A stretch of 64,000 nt of DNA from a cyanobacterium endosymbiont of Rhopalodia gibba (GTDB lineage: Bacteria; Cyanobacteriota; Cyanobacteriia; Cyanobacteriales; Microcystaceae). Below the pieces are notes generated by a model. That model worked only from the letters and a program-made list of their open reading frames with translations, was not told the DNA's origin and ran no database searches. Made by a program: the position numbers and the translations under genes. This document shows positions 14,165 through 25,389 of this stretch, piece by piece. The stretch's first letter is position 1, and each line of letters starts with the position of its first letter. The stretch covers positions 2,496,001-2,560,000 of the forward strand of contig CP067995.1 in assembly GCA_045159875.1 (NCBI GenBank). Reading direction: 5' to 3'.

Positions 14165-14860
14165 GAAAGCCTTTTCAAAAATTCAGCTTACAGAATTAGA
14201 ATAACAAGAACTATCAAAGTTGACTCGGGACACCAAAATCACCTTTAGAACTAGAACAAGGATAGGAATGTTCTGTTTAAATCTGAAAGGGCGGAAAGTC
14301 AAAGAAATTGTACATTGGGTGAAACTGTTAGAAAATACAATTAGAAAAACAATGTCTATATGAATTATTCAAGAAAGAGAAGGATTTACAAGTTACCGAA
14401 TTTACAGATACTCTTAAATAGAGTATATCTGAAGAAATAAAGTGAGCGCTATAAAAAATAAGTATAAATTAAATTGTTATAAGAGAAGATGGCTGTCAGA
14501 ACTCTTACAAACAAATCAACGGCTAAGTTTCATTTATACTTCTATACTTTGCTAAATTATGAGACTCAGGCTGTGCTCGTTTATCTAATATTTTTGACGA
14601 TTCATCTCACAACCAGGAATTAAGTTTTATGATAGAAATAACTAAAAATCTATAAGGCTTAATCAAAATAGAGAAATACCAATCAGTTAAAAGCCTATAA
14701 AGATAGAAAAAAAATAGGACAATTGTTCATTTAAACAAGCTTATAAAGTCCAAAATTCTGAAAAAAATTGAAAAAAATATTGTCAATCTTGTTCGATATT
14801 ATATTTTATTTTGCCAAGACAATTAAGACTGAAATAAAGTTAGTCAAATTCCTGTTGTTA
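14165..14860 (+). mobile_element. IS630-family transposase remnant (copy A)
   Basis: KIQLTELE*QELSKLTRDTKITFRTRTRIGMFCLNLKGRKVKEIVHWVKLLENTIRK, an HTH N-terminus with stops; similar DNA at 23300-23590. Confidence 0.65.
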
Positions 14861-15498
14861 AACTGTAAAGAAAGTATTCCGCTATTGAATGTTACCAGCA
14901 TGTCTTAAATTGATTATATAATCAATAAATTTATAGTCAACTTTATAGTCAAAAAATCTGAGGCGATCCTTAATCACCTTTTTGGTACTTTATGAATTCT
15001 AATCGAGTAGAGCGTTAATGAGAGCTACAGAGTTGATTGACAGTTGGTATTAGATCCAAATATTATCTATTAGAATTAATCATAATTCTATTTTAGAGGA
15101 TTTAAATTAAAATCTAGTCTACTTATTTCTTAAAATATTTGATCATTACCAAAAAATTCCGAGTTAGTCCCATATATAGCAATTACCTTGTCTATTCTAG
15201 ACAATATAATATATATTCAACGTAATTTGTTAATTTATCATCGCCGCTATGTACAAATATACCAAAATAGTACATGTCATTTCATTTATCTGCATCAAAA
15301 TTTCTAAAAGACTTTGCAGTGTTGTTTAAGACGATGACTGATGTTATGGTGGTTAATGGAATAATTATATTTAAGCCATCTGCAATAATAATCAACATTT
15401 TTTCATTTGTTCTCAACCTCGCCATTGATAGATGTTATAAACAATAACTTTACCGGATTAAACATTCTATCTGCTTCAGAGTCCACAGTTAATTATAC

Positions 15499-16818
15499 TT
15501 ACAAACTAATCTCATCAATCATTTTAGGAACTCCAGCAGTTAAAACCTCATGACCTGTTTTTGTTACTAAAACATCGTCTTCTATTCTAATGCCAATACC
15601 GTGCCATCGTTCAGGAATTTCTGGTTGTCCTTCAGTAGGTTTAATATTAGGACTAATATAAATTCCAGGTTCAACCGTCAGCAGATGACCAGATTCTAAC
15701 AGTTGCCAAGTTCCTTCTCCCTGTTTATAAACCCCCACATCATGAACATCTAACCCTAACCAGTGTCCAGTTTTATGCATATAAAAAGGTTTATATTTTT
15801 CTTCTTTGATAATTTCTTCTAAATCTCCTTTCAGTAACCCTAAATCAATCAATCCTTGAACTAAAATACAGACTGCCATGTCATGAAACTCATTATAAGG
15901 TTTTCCAGGTCTAACCGATTCTATGGCTTTCAATTGTGCTTCTAAAACCAACTCATAAATAGCCTTTTGTTCCCCTGTAAACTTGCCGCTAACGGGAAAG
16001 GTCCTGGTAATATCTCCATTGTAATAGCCATAGGAACAACCCGCATCAATCAAAAGCAACTCATTTTCTTGAATCTGACGACGATTTTCAACATAGTGGA
16101 GGACGCAGGTATTAGCTCCTGATGCTACAATAGAAGGATAAGCCGGGCCCATACCTCCATGCAAACGGAAAGTATATTCTATTTCAGCTTGAATTTCGTA
16201 CTCATAATGCCCTACTTGAACAAATTCTCTAGCTCGGTTATGAGCAATGGCTGAAATGTCCATCGCTGTGCGTAACATCTCCAACTCAGTAAGACTTTTT
16301 ACCTGACGCATGGGGTGAAGAATAGGGTTGGGATCTTCAATGGCAATGGGACCACTTCCCCGCTTTGAATACGCTGCCATTAACCGTTGCCAATGGGACA
16401 AAATTATCTCATTAAAATTCTTATCCCATCCGAGATGATAATAGATACGGTCAGCTTTTTCAATATATTGGAGTAGCTTTCTATTTAATTCACTAATGGG
16501 ATATGCCTCATCTGCACCATAGAACTCTTTAGCTTTTTCTACACCACAACGATAACCTGTCCAAGTTTCTTTTTCAGGATCTTTCGGTTGAACAAAAAGC
16601 ACAAAGTGGTGTTCTTCGTGGTGGGGAGCCAATACTGCTACGGCTTCAGGTTCATTAAATCCCGTAAGGTAAAAAAAATCACTATCTTGACGAAAAATAT
16701 GTTCTACATCATTGTGCATAACTACGGTCGGCGCACTGCGAAAAATCGCAGTTCCCATACCGATTTTTTTCATCAAGCGTTCTCGACGCTGACCATACTC
16801 TGTTAGTTTAATTCCCAT
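15499..16818 (-). CDS. pepP: Xaa-Pro aminopeptidase P
   Basis: FRQDSDFFYLTG, LIDAG, DITRT, HWLGLDVHD, TVEPG, GIRIEDD. Confidence 0.96.
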   Translation of the reverse strand: MGIKLTEYGQRRERLMKKIGMGTAIFRSAPTVVMHNDVEHIFRQDSDFFYLTGFNEPEAVAVLAPHHEEHHFVLFVQPKDPEKETWTGYRCGVEKAKEFYGADEAYPISELNRKLLQYIEKADRIYYHLGWDKNFNEIILSHWQRLMAAYSKRGSGPIAIEDPNPILHPMRQVKSLTELEMLRTAMDISAIAHNRAREFVQVGHYEYEIQAEIEYTFRLHGGMGPAYPSIVASGANTCVLHYVENRRQIQENELLLIDAGCSYGYYNGDITRTFPVSGKFTGEQKAIYELVLEAQLKAIESVRPGKPYNEFHDMAVCILVQGLIDLGLLKGDLEEIIKEEKYKPFYMHKTGHWLGLDVHDVGVYKQGEGTWQLLESGHLLTVEPGIYISPNIKPTEGQPEIPERWHGIGIRIEDDVLVTKTGHEVLTAGVPKMIDEISL

Positions 16819-16857
16819 AGTTAATTCAAATAATCTATAATTAATCTTAATCTAAAG

Positions 16858-17491
16858 TTAACTCACAAAATTACTCAATAGTCAGCCAAATTTGTTTCAT
16901 GACATAGATCAGTCTATGATCTTTATCAAGAATTCTTGATTTGACCCAAAAATGTTGCTAATTCTAATTAGAACTGTGGGCAATTGGGATAATTTAATCA
17001 TGTTTGCCATGTAAAATTAGGACAGGGAGACTGTTGATCTTAATACTGACTGATATTGGTGAAAGATTGATAGCCTAGAGAAAGCAAGCACTGTTCCTCG
17101 TGTTCCTCGTAGGGTAAGCTGACTACTCTTCCGTCTCATGCCATTATTTGACTTATATTTTCCCTATATCTCTCTAACGGACAGTTAAGAAACTAAAACC
17201 TAGGGGGAAGTGACATTAAATCTTGTACTTTAAGAATATTTTTCCCTTAACTATGCTGCAGTTAACCCCCTAAACTAAAACCAATGAAGGTAATAGAGGT
17301 TTTAGAGTTGACAAGCTCGACAGTAACTTGTTACAACTATCCTATTAGGGTTAAACTAGAACAATCCTATTGATTGAGATCAGGAATAATCGAAGAAATT
17401 TAACGTTTCTTAAAGTGATTACTAGAATATCAAACTTTAACAAAATTGAGTTTCGACGTAAACCCATGTAAATAGATATATTATATTTCAA
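16858..17491 (-). pseudogene. YqiA/YcfP-family alpha/beta hydrolase remnant
   Basis: Minus strand reads YIYLHGFTS...IIPDLNQ and PVLILHGKHD*IIPI...DHRL...KQIW, with stops. Confidence 0.7.
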
Positions 17492-17849
17492 TTAATTGGT
17501 TCTCCTGACAGCTTGGTACAAACTGTGTGTTACTCACAAGATACAGTGTTTGGTGGATTGCAGTTCGGATCAGGACTTATTCTTTTTTACCAAAAACAAA
17601 GATTTTACCTAACCAGGCTCACAAGGCGTAAGACTTTTTTATCGTCATTGAGTATAGGAGGACCATATATGTTCAAAAAATCCTTACTTGTTGATTCGGA
17701 CAATAGCATAAGTCCAGACCAATGCTGACCGTCAAAGAGTCTAATAATGTTTAATTTTCTCAGTGAGAAGTAGTTACTGAACTTGAAACAATCTAAGTTT
17801 TAGTTTCATGGCAATTCTTGTCCAATGTTTTAACCCTCTTTTTTAGCTT

Positions 17850-18165
17850 TCTTTTTCTTTTCCTGAAGATTGACTCGGTGACAAATTGTACAAAGCCAAA
17901 CTGTTGTTTTATATCTTCAACCGTCACCGAATGAATCACTAATAATGGTTCATTGGTGGAATTTTCTATCTCATCTAGTAACTCACTCAAGATGAACGGT
18001 TTTTTGAGCATTTTCCCAATTTATTTTTCGATTTATTGAAGTATTTCTCTTCGGTATATAACAATCTTAGAAATCAATACTAACCTCAATTAAACTTCGA
18101 ATTAAATTACTGACAACAAGAAACGCAATCACGGTAAACGCCAGAATGTAAAGTATATGGAACAT
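17850..18165 (-). pseudogene. DUF2973-family protein, disrupted
   Basis: MFHILYILAFTVIAFLVVSNLIRSLI...* followed by ELLDE...NEPLLVIHSVTVED (inside ORF 17793-18011); follows the DUF2605 gene. Confidence 0.7.
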
Positions 18166-18309
18166 TAAAAGCCGCTGAAAAGCAATAGTCACGTAAGGTT
18201 TATATAGTGGTCGAGTTCATCAAAATTAATTTGACTAGTTTACTAAGAATTGTGAGTAATAATTATCACTCAGTAGATTTCCGAATCTTGGAATAACACC
18301 AGGGGGAAC

Positions 18310-18633
18310 TTAAGTTTTATTGGCTTTGTGTGATCGCCAACGCATGGAGATTTGCCAACATTCGTCCACTAATTTGTGCCAAAGGACTAAGATAGCTGTA
18401 TCAATTCCTGTTTTTTGATCGGTCGCTTTAAATAAGATTTGAGCTGTAATCACTTCTTGTTTGCTCTTATTAACTCTGGCGAGTAGCTCGTCTTGTTCTT
18501 CAGGGGAAAGTAAAGTGATTCTTTCAGATTCTAATAAAGTTTGTGCGCGGAAAAACCAGTATTGAAAGTCTTCTAACAAAATCTCAAGGATTGTTGTCAG
18601 TAACTCTGATTCGTTAGGTGGGGAGTTCAGCAT
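18310..18633 (-). CDS. DUF2605-family protein
   Basis: ELLTTILE.LLEDFQYWF.R...LVLWHKLVDECW. Confidence 0.8.
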   Translation of the reverse strand: MLNSPPNESELLTTILEILLEDFQYWFFRAQTLLESERITLLSPEEQDELLARVNKSKQEVITAQILFKATDQKTGIDTAILVLWHKLVDECWQISMRWRSHKANKT

Positions 18634-18852
18634 TTTTTAAAAAAATTTCATATGCAATCCATCTTAACGTTTTTCATAATTATTAACATTCAGATACAAA
18701 CAATTAACAAGTTTCTTCAAGCTTTCAAAACTCGGGGAAGTTGATCACAAGTAACGCACCGATACAAAAAAATGAAAATTAACATGCAAATAATCCATAA
18801 CAGTATTTTTATATCTTGTTCGTTCTCTGCTGAGAGCAAGACTAGGGAAAAT

Positions 18853-20067
18853 TCAGGATTTAGCGAAATGATACAGTAACCAGTATCCTATTCCTAAGCC
18901 AAGAAAATTAGGCAACCATGCAGCTAGAAAGGGAGAAATAATACCCATTAGTCCTAAACTACCGATAATAAATCCCAAGATATAATAAGTAAAAATAATC
19001 ACCACACTGAAGCCAAAGCTGGTAGCTCTCCCCATCTGCTGAGGCCTTACCCCTAAAACTGAACCCACTAAACCAAAAACAACACAAATAAAAGGAAAAG
19101 CAAGTTTTTGTTGGATTCGCACTTGAAAGGTTCGCAAGTTTTTTTCATCCCCAATCATTCTCAATAGTTTCATGTATTGTTGAGCTTGAATGATATTCAT
19201 TTCATAGGGATCTCGACTTTGAAGAGCGAATTCAAAGGGAGCTTTAGTTAAAGCTAACTGACAATGTTTAAAAGGAGACATATCTCTGTAGGAAGCATCG
19301 GGAGCTAGTTTATAAATTGTTCCATTAAAAAAATCCCAAGTATTTTCTCTCGAATTCCAAGTAGCTGAATCTGACACAACTATTTTGTTGAGGTTAGTTT
19401 CTGTCCATTCTAAAATCGTCAAGGTTTTCATGTGCTGACCGTCAAATTTCTCAGCATAAAATAAATATTTTAATCGTTTAACTGTTTCTCCATTTGGCAA
19501 ATATACTTCTTCATAGTCAGGATAAAAAATATCTTTCTTTTGCCAAAAAGGATGTTCTTCTTTTAGATATTCAACTAAGATAGATGTAGCTTGGTAATTA
19601 GCACCAGGGACGACTAATTCACTAAAGACAAATGTAATACCTGTGACCAATAAACTAAAAACCAAAGCAGGGGCAATTATACGATATAGACTCACTCCAC
19701 AAGCGCGTAATGCAATTACTTCACTATCGTTACTGAGACGGCCATATGTTAGTAATGTAGTTAACATAACTGAGATCGGTAGGGCATAAGCGGTGAATTC
19801 AGGTACTTTTAAAAGTAAAACCTCCAGAGCTTGTATTAGGGGAAGGTCTGACTCCACTACTTTATTTACTAAATCTGATAAATAACCAATCGCCACTCCC
19901 AACGACGAAACCAGTCCCACGCTAAAGATAAACGGGGGGATCAGTTCGCCTCCAATGTAGCGATCCATCAGAGATAGAGAGAACCGGCGTTGTTGCGATC
20001 TCCATAAGTTGGACAGAGATTGAAGAAATTTCGTCAACATCAGAGATTTAGTAGAAGCACCCTTCAT
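18853..20067 (-). CDS. LptF/LptG-family LPS export permease
   Basis: MDRYI, RLSNDSEVIALRACGVS, AFPF and LAAWLPN. Confidence 0.92.
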   Translation of the reverse strand: MKGASTKSLMLTKFLQSLSNLWRSQQRRFSLSLMDRYIGGELIPPFIFSVGLVSSLGVAIGYLSDLVNKVVESDLPLIQALEVLLLKVPEFTAYALPISVMLTTLLTYGRLSNDSEVIALRACGVSLYRIIAPALVFSLLVTGITFVFSELVVPGANYQATSILVEYLKEEHPFWQKKDIFYPDYEEVYLPNGETVKRLKYLFYAEKFDGQHMKTLTILEWTETNLNKIVVSDSATWNSRENTWDFFNGTIYKLAPDASYRDMSPFKHCQLALTKAPFEFALQSRDPYEMNIIQAQQYMKLLRMIGDEKNLRTFQVRIQQKLAFPFICVVFGLVGSVLGVRPQQMGRATSFGFSVVIIFTYYILGFIIGSLGLMGIISPFLAAWLPNFLGLGIGYWLLYHFAKS

Positions 20068-20212
20068 TAAATATAAACGGACAATTGATTGGTTAGTTGC
20101 TGTAGTAGCTCAATAAAAGCAAGTTTTCCATCAATGTCAATCTTTCCGGTGATTAATTTGATCATGCGTTACAATCCTTAAAGTAAAGTGACCCTCACTA
20201 GATTTGAATAGG

Positions 20213-20998
20213 ATGACCATGAAAACGGCTTTGATTACTGGTGCATCTTCTGGCATTGGAACAGCCTTTGCTCAAGAATTAGCAATGCGCCAGATAAATT
20301 TGATTTTAGTTGCCCGTTCCCAAAATAAACTATACCAACTTGCCGAAAAGTTACAACATCAAGCTCCTATAAAAGTCGAGGTAATTGTACAAGATTTAAC
20401 TGATCAACAAGCTGCCAAGAAGGTTTATGATACTGTAGCAGAAAAAGGATTAAATGTTGATTTTTTGGTTAATAATGCAGGATTTGGAGATTATGGAGCG
20501 TTTACCCAACGGGAATTACCACGCCAAGTGGAAATGATCCAACTCAACATAGTTGCTTTGGTGGAGTTGACATATTTATTTTTGTCGGAGATGCAACAAC
20601 GAGGAACGGGGAATATTATTAACGTTGCGTCTATTGCCGGATTTCAACCCTTGCCTTATTTATCGGTTTATGCTGCAACAAAGGCTTTTGTTCTCAGTTT
20701 TTCTGAAGCGTTGTGGGCTGAAAACAAAGGAACAGATATTAATATCCTCGCGTTATGTCCTGGTCCGACAGATTCCAATTTTTTTAATGTGGCGGATTTT
20801 CCAGACAGTTTTATTAATAAAAATAACAGTAGTTTAACCTTGGCTAAAGAAGTTGTAAAAGATGCTTTTAAAGCCCTTAAAAATAGGAAATCTAATACTA
20901 TCCCTGGTGGCTTCAGTAATCAATTTCTTGTGAATTCTAGCCGGTTTCTTCCCAGGGAATTGTTAGTTAATGTCATAGAAAAGCACTTTCGAGGTTAG
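20213..20998 (+). CDS. Short-chain dehydrogenase/reductase
   Basis: TGASSGIG, NNAGFG, YAATK; ATG at 20213 or 20219. Confidence 0.93.
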   Translation: MTMKTALITGASSGIGTAFAQELAMRQINLILVARSQNKLYQLAEKLQHQAPIKVEVIVQDLTDQQAAKKVYDTVAEKGLNVDFLVNNAGFGDYGAFTQRELPRQVEMIQLNIVALVELTYLFLSEMQQRGTGNIINVASIAGFQPLPYLSVYAATKAFVLSFSEALWAENKGTDINILALCPGPTDSNFFNVADFPDSFINKNNSSLTLAKEVVKDAFKALKNRKSNTIPGGFSNQFLVNSSRFLPRELLVNVIEKHFRG

Positions 20999-21349
20999 AC
21001 AATAATTTTAATTAAGTAAGACTGTACATTCTACAATTAGCTTCTGGTTAATTAAAGAATGAAGTTTAATTTCTCGTGAATAGCGAAAAGCTAAATAAAA
21101 AAATAGCTATTTCTCTTCATAAAAATTTTAAAATCGGATTTAATATTTTATAGTTTTTATAAAAGAACAAGGGATTACATGAAGAAAAATATTACAGAAA
21201 TTCACTTAAAACTAACGTATTTTTTAACTCAGCAAGTCTAGGTTGCTCTTGCTCGTTAAGTTTAAAGAAATTATAATCTAAACTTCCTAACAGTTAAGTA
21301 TGATAGTAAGTTCGGAAAAGATTAAAACTTGCAACAAGGAGACAACCCC

Positions 21350-22345
21350 ATGGCTCGGATGTATTATGATACAGATACCAACCTAGATCTTTTAGCTGGT
21401 AAAACCGTTGCGATCATCGGTTATGGTTCACAAGGTCATGCTCATACCCTCAACCTGAAAGATAGTGGCATAGACGTTATTGTGGGGTTGTATTCAGGGA
21501 GTCAGTCCGCTCGAAAAGCCCAAGATAAAGGATTAAGGGTTCTAAGTGTTGCCGAAGCAGCTAAAGCAGCAGATTGGATTATGATTCTATTGCCCGACGA
21601 AGTTCAGAAAATCGTCTATATTAATGAAATAGAACCTAATTTAACCGAAGGAAAAGTGTTATCTTTTGCCCATGGATTTAACATCCACTTTGGACAAGTA
21701 GTTCCTCCTCCTAATGTTGATGTGGTGATGGTTGCTCCCAAAGGGCCAGGTCACTTAGTTCGACGTACTTATGAACAAGGGGAAGGGGTTCCCTGTTTGT
21801 TCGCTGTGTATCAAGATGCTACTGGACAAGCCCGTGATCACGCTATGGCTTATGCTAAAGGAATTGGTGGGACTCGTGCGGGAATTCTTGAAACTACCTT
21901 TCGAGAAGAAACTGAAACGGATCTTTTTGGAGAACAGGTTGTTCTTTGTGGCGGTTTAAGTGCTTTGATTAAGGGCGGTTTTGAAACTTTGGTGGCTGCA
22001 GGATATCAACCAGAATTAGCCTATTTTGAATGTCTCCACGAAGTTAAATTAATTGTAGATCTCATTGTAGAAGGGGGGTTAGCTAATATGCGCAATAGTA
22101 TTTCCAATACTGCCGAATATGGAGATTTAACTCGTGGCCCCCGCGTTGTTACTGATCAAACCCGTGCTGAGATGAAGAAAATTCTCAGTGAAATTCAGTC
22201 AGGACAGTTTGCGCGAGAATTTGTACTAGAAAATCAATCAGGTAAACCAGGTTTTACTGCTATGCGTCGTCAAGAAGCCGAACATTCAATTGAAGAAGTC
22301 GGAAAAAATTTAAGGGCCATGTTTAGTTGGTTAAAAGACAAATAA
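21350..22345 (+). CDS. ilvC: Ketol-acid reductoisomerase
   Basis: [41 protein letters not shown] before ATG 21350. Confidence 0.98.
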   Translation: MARMYYDTDTNLDLLAGKTVAIIGYGSQGHAHTLNLKDSGIDVIVGLYSGSQSARKAQDKGLRVLSVAEAAKAADWIMILLPDEVQKIVYINEIEPNLTEGKVLSFAHGFNIHFGQVVPPPNVDVVMVAPKGPGHLVRRTYEQGEGVPCLFAVYQDATGQARDHAMAYAKGIGGTRAGILETTFREETETDLFGEQVVLCGGLSALIKGGFETLVAAGYQPELAYFECLHEVKLIVDLIVEGGLANMRNSISNTAEYGDLTRGPRVVTDQTRAEMKKILSEIQSGQFAREFVLENQSGKPGFTAMRRQEAEHSIEEVGKNLRAMFSWLKDK

Positions 22346-22355
22346 AGTTCTAATG

Positions 22356-22384
22356 AAAGGCTACGGGAAACTAGTAGCCTTTTC
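22356..22384 (+). terminator. Intrinsic terminator after ilvC
   Basis: aaaggctac-gggaaacta-gtagccttt followed by T-rich sequence, 10 nt after the stop. Confidence 0.75.
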
Positions 22385-23299
22385 TCTTGCTATGTCTATT
22401 TATTTCACGCAACTTGTCATTAGAATTTCTAGTCTTAGGGTAAGGGGTGAATCCCAATAGTATTTGATTAATTTTAATTTAAGGATTTTTGCTGATAGTA
22501 AGTAAGTATAAAATGGAAAAGTAGTTAAGAAAGAGCAATCTCTAAATGTAAGTTGACCTATATTCTTAAAATGCGGATTAAAACCATATAAAATAATTTT
22601 TTTTATTTAAATTGAAAAATATATCTTATTTTTTAATATTTATTTAGAGCAACTTACTTACTTAGTCCACCTTTTAGAAAACGTATTTGTCGTCTTTATC
22701 CTAGTAGCTGAATATATTTACGGTTTTAGTTATGTCAGTTTTTGAGTTTTATAAACACAAAAGGGTGAGTTAAGCTAGAATCATGCAAGATCATTATGCG
22801 ACTACGTTGGTAACTAAAATTGCTTTCTGTTAGGCAAGTTTATAAATAAAATCATACCTTTTGGACTTAATTTATGGAGAAAGTTTTATAATTTCTTTGT
22901 GTGTCAAAACTAAAAATTCTGTGCATTAATTTTTATAAGAACCGCGTATAATTCAAACTCAGAATTATAATAAAATTTGAGATTTACCTAATATTTATCT
23001 ATCATAAAAAAGTGTTAATTACTTTTTTTATTAAAAATTTTCAGATAGATGATAACTACTGTTGTAGTTGTAGTAGTTTTTTCTATTTAAATCAAATAGT
23101 ATGCTAGACCTAATATTCTTACTTGAATCAATTAAATCCTAAATTTAGAAAGACTAACAGTTACTCATTATTAGATTGCAAATGTAATAGGAATAGTTTT
23201 TTAAAAAAAATAGACCCAATAGTAACTTGTATTTATTGTAGTTTAACTAGCTGAAGACTTCATTCCAATGATAAATTAATAATTGTAGATTTACCTTGA

Positions 23300-23590
23300 G
23301 AATAGAAAGCCATCTACATCTATCTTAAAATTTGTAGAATTATTTTATTTTTTATCTGCTACTTCTCGGAGAATCTCACATTTTTTATACTCATCGAACA
23401 ATCTATCTATAAATTGCTTTCTTGACGATCTATTCTGATAATTCAGTCTAGTTTGCAATTCCTTGGACTTTTCATTCTTTCCTATTTAAAGATAATATTT
23501 TGGCTCTTATTATAGCAAAAATTTTTAGGTTGTGAGTCAACTTTGATAGTTCTTGCTTTTCTAATTCTCTTAGCTGAATCTTTAGGCACT
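23300..23590 (-). mobile_element. IS630-family transposase remnant (copy B)
   Basis: Minus strand KIQLRELEKQELSKLTHN; shares attcagct...agaattagaa..gcaagaactatcaaagttgactc-like DNA with copy A near 14180. Confidence 0.65.
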
Positions 23591-24017
23591 CCGCTATCTG
23601 GTAAATGCTCTTTTTTCACTACTTTTCTATTTTTCTATTCTAGGTTTATTTGAACTCACCTACTTACACATAACAAAATACTTCTATGTCTCTAAAAAAG
23701 GTTTTATGACAGCCAGTGGTACTTTCCTTAGCCGTTGTATACTCAATTCCGGCGTGATCAAGAGGACCATAATCATGATTAACGATATCAACAAGACAAT
23801 CAACACTCGACTTCTATCTTGTTACCGAAAAAAACTAACTTCCCTCATGCATAAAAAAGATTGACTACCACAAAGAAGTTTAATCTTCCAAGGAACTTAA
23901 GAAAATACTGAAAGATTAGCCAAAATTAAATTATTTTTGAAGCTAAAAACAAATATAGATAATTTATTGATGAAAATTACGAAATATATAGTGTTTATTG
24001 AACAAACTAAGGCGCAA

Positions 24018-24089
24018 AGCTGGTGACAGGACTTGAACCTGCGACCAGCTGATTACAAATCAGCTGCTCTACCACTGAGCTACACCAGC
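24018..24089 (-). tRNA. trnT: tRNA-Thr, anticodon UGU
   Basis: GCTGGTG/CACCAGC acceptor stem, AGCTCAGTGGTAGAGC D-arm, GCTGA-TT-TGT-AA-TCAGC anticodon arm, GTTCAA T-loop; CCA not encoded. Confidence 0.97.
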
Positions 24090-24095
24090 ACTAAT

Positions 24096-24273
24096 AATGA
24101 GCGGGTCGATACTCTACCGGTTAAGGCTGAGCAGACTTCCGGGCTTGACCTTACCTCTGCTGGCATTGACAGCTTTGGCTTGACAATTCCATGCTTAGTC
24201 CTGCTATGCCTTTTACAGCAAGTCTATGACGGACTAACCCCAGAGCGTAAACTAGGATACACCCTGCCCTATT
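24096..24273 (-). ncRNA. Putative ~175-nt structured non-coding RNA immediately 5' of tRNA-Thr
   Basis: GC-richer island with hand-folded helices GGGC-A-GGGU/ACCC-GCUC, UUAGUCC/GGACUAA, UGCUGU/AUAGCA and AGCAGA/UCUGCU; G-U pairs favour the minus strand; family not recognised. Confidence 0.65.
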
Positions 24274-24421
24274 TAACTTCTAATTTGCTCTCACCTATTT
24301 GGTCTTACGCTTTTTGCTTTTCTACCAGTAGTGGTTAGAGATTTAAAAATTGGGGAATAGGAAGTCTGACCCGTTTTTTTATTGTCTTTGATATCATTGA
24401 CCTTCAAATAGCTTAACATAT

Positions 24422-24468
24422 TAAACCCTAAAAGGAGAGGTTTTGGAACCAAGATTTTTCAATGACAA
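24422..24468. mobile_element. Possible degenerate IS200/IS605-family end
   Basis: ccctaaaaggagaggttttggaaccaagatttttcaatga resembles cyanobacterial IS605-type subterminal sequence (from recall). Confidence 0.35.
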
Positions 24469-25389
24469 ATTTTATCCCCGTTAATAAACTCTATATAGGT
24501 TTATTAAAACCAGAGTACTTTCAATTCCCAAACGAGCTGACTCTGTACGTTTTTTAGGTTACTCTTATTGAAGACATTAGAAATTAGGAGTTGCAAATTA
24601 ACAGGCGAATTTAAATCTGATACTACGTATAAAAAATATAAAGTTATTGTTAAAAATCAAGGGCAAAAACCGATATAATATAGGAAGTGATAGAATCAGA
24701 GTATAGCTATCTAAATTTTTGATTAAAAATAAATTTTTAAGTATTATTTAAGCCTCTATTTTTGTATTTAATTACTAAAGATAAATGTTCAGCCTGTGAT
24801 TTTTATTTTTGAGATGTTTAATGATCTATCTCATGATTAGTAATTTAGGTTTATGGTCTAATTTGACAACGATTTTAATAATAAGCAAACTTTTATAAAC
24901 TTGAATAACTAATCAACAAAGATTTAAGTTGATTATTTTTGATAATTAAACTTGATAATGTCAATTGAATTATAAGAGTATTTTTTTGTAATTAAAAATA
25001 ACTAATTAGATTATTAATCCTGAGAAAGTGAGCTACAAGTTGACAAAACTTAACTCATAAATTTATCACTCTAGCTATATAGATATATAACTTATTTATT
25101 CAGTATCTTACAAGTGTTTACTTGGCACAAACTTGTAAATATAAAGCTAAGCATAATTAGATTTTAGAGTATTCAAACTAAAATTTAACTTTTTTATTTC
25201 CTAATGATTTTTATGAGTATTAAATAATACTGAGTCAGCAACAATATAGTAATCACTTCATCTCTTACAAAAGATTTATATTTGAGATAATTTGTGAATG
25301 TACGATTTCTAGTTTACTGAAAATAACTATTTATCATATTTGCAAACCCTATCAATTTTAAGATTTTTTTTATAAAAAGTCTTTTAAAG

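Noticed and set aside
24096..24273. tmRNA, RNase P RNA, SRP RNA, group I intron or cobalamin riboswitch identity
   Set aside because: Diagnostic motifs not found (GGGGCTG...TTCGAC, GAGGAAAGTCC, CAGG..GGAAG.AGCAG, R element before S element, B12 box), and the downstream gene is a tRNA
24033..24338. 101-aa plus-strand ORF
   Set aside because: Antisense to tRNA-Thr and the structured RNA; the N-terminus is just the reverse-read tRNA
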